Source: Actinomycetota bacterium (lineage in GTDB: Bacteria; Actinomycetota; Actinomycetes; Actinomycetales; Microbacteriaceae). From it: a stretch of 64,000 nt of DNA. The position numbers and the translations under genes were made by a program. The stretch is from assembly GCA_046046695.1 (NCBI GenBank), contig JBJOJJ010000001.1:65802-129801 (forward strand). Reading direction: 5' to 3'. Shown piece by piece: positions 60,483 through 64,000 of this stretch; within the stretch, counting starts at the first letter, position 1; each line of letters opens with the position of its first letter. Under the pieces are notes generated by a model that ran no database searches, had not been told where the DNA came from, and saw nothing but the letters and a program-made list of their open reading frames with translations.

Positions 60483-61902
60483 AACTGACTCCTACTCACA
60501 GCAATGGATCCGCACTTTGCTGGCCGAATGGCAGCTAGTCGCAGATCTTGCTTTTGGTGACTTGGTTCTTTGGGTGCCCAAGGGCGGTAAGTTACACGCC
60601 GCCGCTCACGCAAGGCCTGCCGCCGCCGCAACGCTTTTTTATCGAGATATCACGGGAACGCCCTCGCGGTATGACTGGGATCAGGTGATTCAGACTGCTT
60701 GGACATCCGGGCAACCTGTGGTTTCGGACGAGCCGTCGAACTTCGAAGGCGTCAAAACCAAAATCGATGCCTATCCGGTGTTTGCCCCTGACAAGCAAAG
60801 TGATTCAACTCCAATTGCGGTGATCACTCGGCACACAAACCTCGGAGAGTCGCGGGTGCCTAACAAGCTCCAGCTGAACTTCGTCGCAATCGGCAACAGC
60901 CTGCTTAACATGGTGAGCCGGGGTGCTTTTCCCATTCCGGAGGCAGGTACTGCTTCAAAGCGTGGTGCTCCGCGAGCGAACGACGGTCTGGTGCGTTTGG
61001 ATCAGAGCGGGCGCGTGCTTTTTGCCAGCCCCAACGCTCTTTCCATGTTCAATCGCGCCGGCGTTGATGGAGATCTTGAGGGTCGTTTGTTTGCCGAAAG
61101 CATCACTGACCTCAATCTTCGTCAGGATCAACTTGACGAAGGCCTGCCGCTGATTCTCACCGCAAAGGGAGCTTGGCGCACCGACCTTGAATTCGAGGAC
61201 GTGACCATTGCGGTGAGATCAATACCGCTCGTCGAGGGTGAAAAGCGTGTCGGTGGAGTCGTGCTGTGTCGCGATGTGACTGAACTTCGAGTGCGAGAGC
61301 GTGCGCTTTTGACCAAGGACATGACTATCCGTGAGATTCACCACCGAGTGAAGAACAATTTACAAACGGTCGCATCGCTATTGCGAATCCAGTCCCGCCA
61401 GAGCGATTCTGAGGAAGTAAAAGAGTCACTAGCTCAAGCCATGCGTCGAGTCAGTGCTATTGCGGTTGTCCATGATGTGCTCTCTGAGGGAATCGACCAG
61501 GAGATCTCCTTCGACCAGATTTTTAAGCGCATCCTTTTGCTGGTTCCGGAGATTGCCGGTTACCACACCACCGTAAAAACCGAATTCATTGGAAGCTTCG
61601 GTGAGCTAACTGCTGAGCGCTCAACTCCGCTGGCTCTGGTGCTGACCGAGGTGGTAGCCAACGCCGTTGAACATGGCCTCTCAGACCGCAGTGGAGTTAT
61701 CCAGGTTGAGGCGGTTAGGGACAAAAAGGTTTTGACAATTACCGTTACCGATGACGGTGTTGGCCTTCCGGAAGGCAAAGTTGGAACCGGGTTGGGCACT
61801 CAAATCATTCGAACTCTGGTTGAGTCCGAACTTCGCGGAAAGATTCTTTGGACCTCGCCAATTCGAGGCGGGACCAAGGTCACAATCGAACTGCCGGCTT
61901 AG
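60475..61902 (+). CDS. pdtaS: Cytoplasmic GAF-PAS HisKA_2 histidine kinase (PdtaS-like)
   Basis: WQLVADLAFGDLVLW, PRANDG, EIHHRVKNNLQ, NAVEHG, DDGVG, GLG. Confidence 0.9.
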   Translation: MAKTDSYSQQWIRTLLAEWQLVADLAFGDLVLWVPKGGKLHAAAHARPAAAATLFYRDITGTPSRYDWDQVIQTAWTSGQPVVSDEPSNFEGVKTKIDAYPVFAPDKQSDSTPIAVITRHTNLGESRVPNKLQLNFVAIGNSLLNMVSRGAFPIPEAGTASKRGAPRANDGLVRLDQSGRVLFASPNALSMFNRAGVDGDLEGRLFAESITDLNLRQDQLDEGLPLILTAKGAWRTDLEFEDVTIAVRSIPLVEGEKRVGGVVLCRDVTELRVRERALLTKDMTIREIHHRVKNNLQTVASLLRIQSRQSDSEEVKESLAQAMRRVSAIAVVHDVLSEGIDQEISFDQIFKRILLLVPEIAGYHTTVKTEFIGSFGELTAERSTPLALVLTEVVANAVEHGLSDRSGVIQVEAVRDKKVLTITVTDDGVGLPEGKVGTGLGTQIIRTLVESELRGKILWTSPIRGGTKVTIELPA

Positions 61903-62546
61903 TTTTCCAAACTCTTCAGCATCTGCGCCACCGCGTCGGCAGGGCTCAATCCCTGAGGGAACTGCGGTGCTTGACCTGAAATCGCCCTGCTGGCAAGGCC
62001 GGTCTCGGTGTGACCCAAAAGTTCACTAACGACCTTGATGCCGCTTCGTCGCCACTCTCTGGCAACTGCCGTTAGGAAGCCGTGCATAGCCATCTTTGAC
62101 GCCGAGTAGCTAGACATAGATGGCAGTGGCATCTGAGCCACGATTCCGGTGACATTCAGTACGAAGGCTCCTTCGGAGCCCGCGAGGTTTGGCTGCAGCG
62201 CAACCAATAGGTCGCGTGGTCCTCGGTAGTTGACTTGAATCAACTTGGCGTCAATCTCAACTGGGGTATCGGTCGCGAGCCCAAAGCCAACAACTCCGGC
62301 TGCGACAACTACACCGTCTAGCTTGACTGCCGAGTTCAGATATGTGGTGAGCGTTGAAATTGACTCCTGGCTCTCGAGATCCAAGAGCAGTTTCTGAACC
62401 ACCTGGTCTGAAATGTGGGCAGCGGATTCGTTCGATCTGGCGGTGCCGTAGACGTTAGCCCCAGCCGCAACCAGGCTGGCGGCGAACTCACGCCCTAATC
62501 CACCAGAAGCACCGACAACCAAAATGTTTTTTCCAGAGAAGTTCAT
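61899..62546 (-). CDS. SDR family oxidoreductase
   Basis: GASGGLG and YSASK motifs; ATG 62546 with GGAGA SD. Confidence 0.88.
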   Translation of the reverse strand: MNFSGKNILVVGASGGLGREFAASLVAAGANVYGTARSNESAAHISDQVVQKLLLDLESQESISTLTTYLNSAVKLDGVVVAAGVVGFGLATDTPVEIDAKLIQVNYRGPRDLLVALQPNLAGSEGAFVLNVTGIVAQMPLPSMSSYSASKMAMHGFLTAVAREWRRSGIKVVSELLGHTETGLASRAISGQAPQFPQGLSPADAVAQMLKSLEN

Positions 62547-62651
62547 GACTTCTCCAACCCGCATCAGGCAGGGCTTATTTCGAAGTAACAAAGAATCTTG
62601 AATGGAGCGAAAAAAGTAGACTTGGAGCCCCACTGAGGTAAGGAGCCTTCG

Positions 62652-63134
62652 ATGAAATACGCCGCTTTGAGTCTCGCTCTGCTTTTGAGCCTGAGTGGAT
62701 GCACCGCTTCGCAAGAAGCAGCGGTGGGTGAGTGCGATGGCGTGGTGGTCGAGGTCAACTTCGGCGCTTTAGGTGCTGAGCAGATATCTCAGTGCATCTC
62801 CTTTGAAGGCGATGAGATCTTGGCCAAGGATGTATTGGCTCAAGCGGGAGCGGAGATCGAAGGAACCATCACTTACCCGGATCAAATTGTTTGCCGAGTC
62901 AATGGCCTTCCTAGCGCAACCGAACCGTTGGAGATTGAAGGGCAGGATCCATACCTAGAACCCTGTGCTGATATGCCACCAGAGTTCGCATACTGGGCAC
63001 TTTGGATCAAGGCCAATCAAGCCGCCGAGTGGGAGTATGCCCCCGAAGGTGCGGCGACTTTGAAGCTGACTCGCGGCGAGGCTGTCGGCCTTGCGTTTGC
63101 CTCCGGTGACCAAGCACCAACACCTGCTGAGTGA
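62652..63134 (+). CDS. Lipoprotein with DUF4430/transcobalamin-C-like domain
   Basis: AAGGAG SD; LSGC lipobox; VCRVNGLP...YWALW...WEY..EGA pattern. Confidence 0.7.
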   Translation: MKYAALSLALLLSLSGCTASQEAAVGECDGVVVEVNFGALGAEQISQCISFEGDEILAKDVLAQAGAEIEGTITYPDQIVCRVNGLPSATEPLEIEGQDPYLEPCADMPPEFAYWALWIKANQAAEWEYAPEGAATLKLTRGEAVGLAFASGDQAPTPAE

Positions 63135-64000
63135 TGTTCTCGCTAGCTCGGCAAGTTCGATTGGCCATTTTGCTGCCAATTGGATTCTTGCTGGCTAGAG
63201 CGCTTTACGCCGGGCTCTTCGGTGGTGCAAGCCAAGGTGAGATTCTGCTGATTGATCTGCCAAAGATTAGTCTTGCCGGACCGTTTGCCCATGTGTTTTT
63301 GTTTGGACCGATTTATCTAGATGGGCTGATTACTAACCTATCCACCGCAGTGCCATTTGCCCTTTTTATGCTGATCGCAGGACTGGCGGTTGTCCTTATA
63401 AAGCCAGCCCACCTCTTTCTGCTGGCAAAGAAGTTGCCCGGATTTGCGCCACTGATTTCAGCCTTGGCAATTGGTTGGATTCAAATACCGGCTCTGATTC
63501 AAGCTACGTCTCGAATCGGCAGGGCAGTCAGCCTCCGAGGGGAAAAGCGGGTGCGAGCTTTGCTGCCAATTCTCGAAACCGCGATTGGCACCGCCCTGGC
63601 AATCGCGCAGCGTTTAGCGCTCACGAAGTCAAGTAAATCGTCTTCTACCACAAGGCTTTTGATGCAGGACGTTTCTATTGCGCAGGCTGGATTAAGCGAG
63701 ATCAATTTCAGCTTGGGGCCAGGGGAGTGTCTTGTGATTTCCGGTCCAACTGGAAGTGGTAAGAGCAGCCTGCTGATCGCCGCCACTGGCCTAGCTTCCG
63801 AGTTGGGGTTGGCGGTCAGTGGGCAAATACAAAGCCCAGATCAGCTTGGCTTTGTTTCGCAGCAGGCGCGCGAGCAGCTTTTTGGCCCCTTGGTTCGAGA
63901 TGAAATCTCAACCACCATTGAGTTTGGACTCGACGCAAAAATGAATCGACCGGTTCAGCAGTTGAGCGAGGGTGAAGCCATCCAGGTCAGCCTGATCCGC
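63134..64000 (+). CDS. ECF transporter T-component fused to an ABC ATPase, 3'-truncated (absent from the supplied ORF track)
   Basis: My translation from ATG 63134 (overlaps the upstream TGA): MFSLARQVRLAILL... TM region, then GPTGSGKS Walker A and LSEGE signature; no stop seen before the window end. Confidence 0.8.
   Translation, partial: MFSLARQVRLAILLPIGFLLARALYAGLFGGASQGEILLIDLPKISLAGPFAHVFLFGPIYLDGLITNLSTAVPFALFMLIAGLAVVLIKPAHLFLLAKKLPGFAPLISALAIGWIQIPALIQATSRIGRAVSLRGEKRVRALLPILETAIGTALAIAQRLALTKSSKSSSTTRLLMQDVSIAQAGLSEINFSLGPGECLVISGPTGSGKSSLLIAATGLASELGLAVSGQIQSPDQLGFVSQQAREQLFGPLVRDEISTTIEFGLDAKMNRPVQQLSEGEAIQVSLIR

Noticed and set aside
62547-62651. Cobalamin riboswitch before the ECF locus
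   Set aside because: About 105 nt shared with a divergent promoter; no B12-box or GGGAA core visible

Overview
This is a gene-dense chromosomal segment of a streamlined actinobacterium. Gene content and order (mtrAB-lpqB, whiB2-like, pdtaS-like, lpdA-type quinone reductase, acyl-CoA carboxylase epsilon subunit), moderate GC and frequent CTA Leu codons point to a Microbacteriaceae 'Luna'-type freshwater lineage (Aquiluna/Rhodoluna-like; inference). It is mostly core metabolism: an ABC-2 exporter, an FMN-riboswitch-controlled ribD-ribE-ribBA-ribH operon, trpS, xth, sdhCDAB plus a Tat Rieske protein, manC, a nucleoside uptake/salvage supercluster (BMP-ABC, cdd, deoA, add, punA, phosphomutase) carrying an orphan PTS EIIA/EIIB pair, lpdA, acc/pcc-birA, purKE, galE, whiB, manB, ahcY, mtrAB-lpqB, comF, hpf, secA, a SAF/CpaE-like pair, pdtaS, and an ECF-type transporter at the right edge. 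I saw no tRNA, rRNA, CRISPR array, transposase or prophage gene. The best leads for unexplained biology are: (1) a NarL-type regulator + HisKA_3 kinase + kinase-dead paralogue triad next to a structured, GGA-rich putative sRNA; (2) the permease-less PTS pair inside the nucleoside operon; (3) a 962-aa secreted LysM/repeat protein with a partner lipoprotein; (4) DnaA-box-like motifs in front of competence-related genes; (5) candidate operators (McdR-like at whiB, MabR/FasR-like at both carboxylase genes). All calls come from motif reading and recalled family knowledge; no database searches were run.
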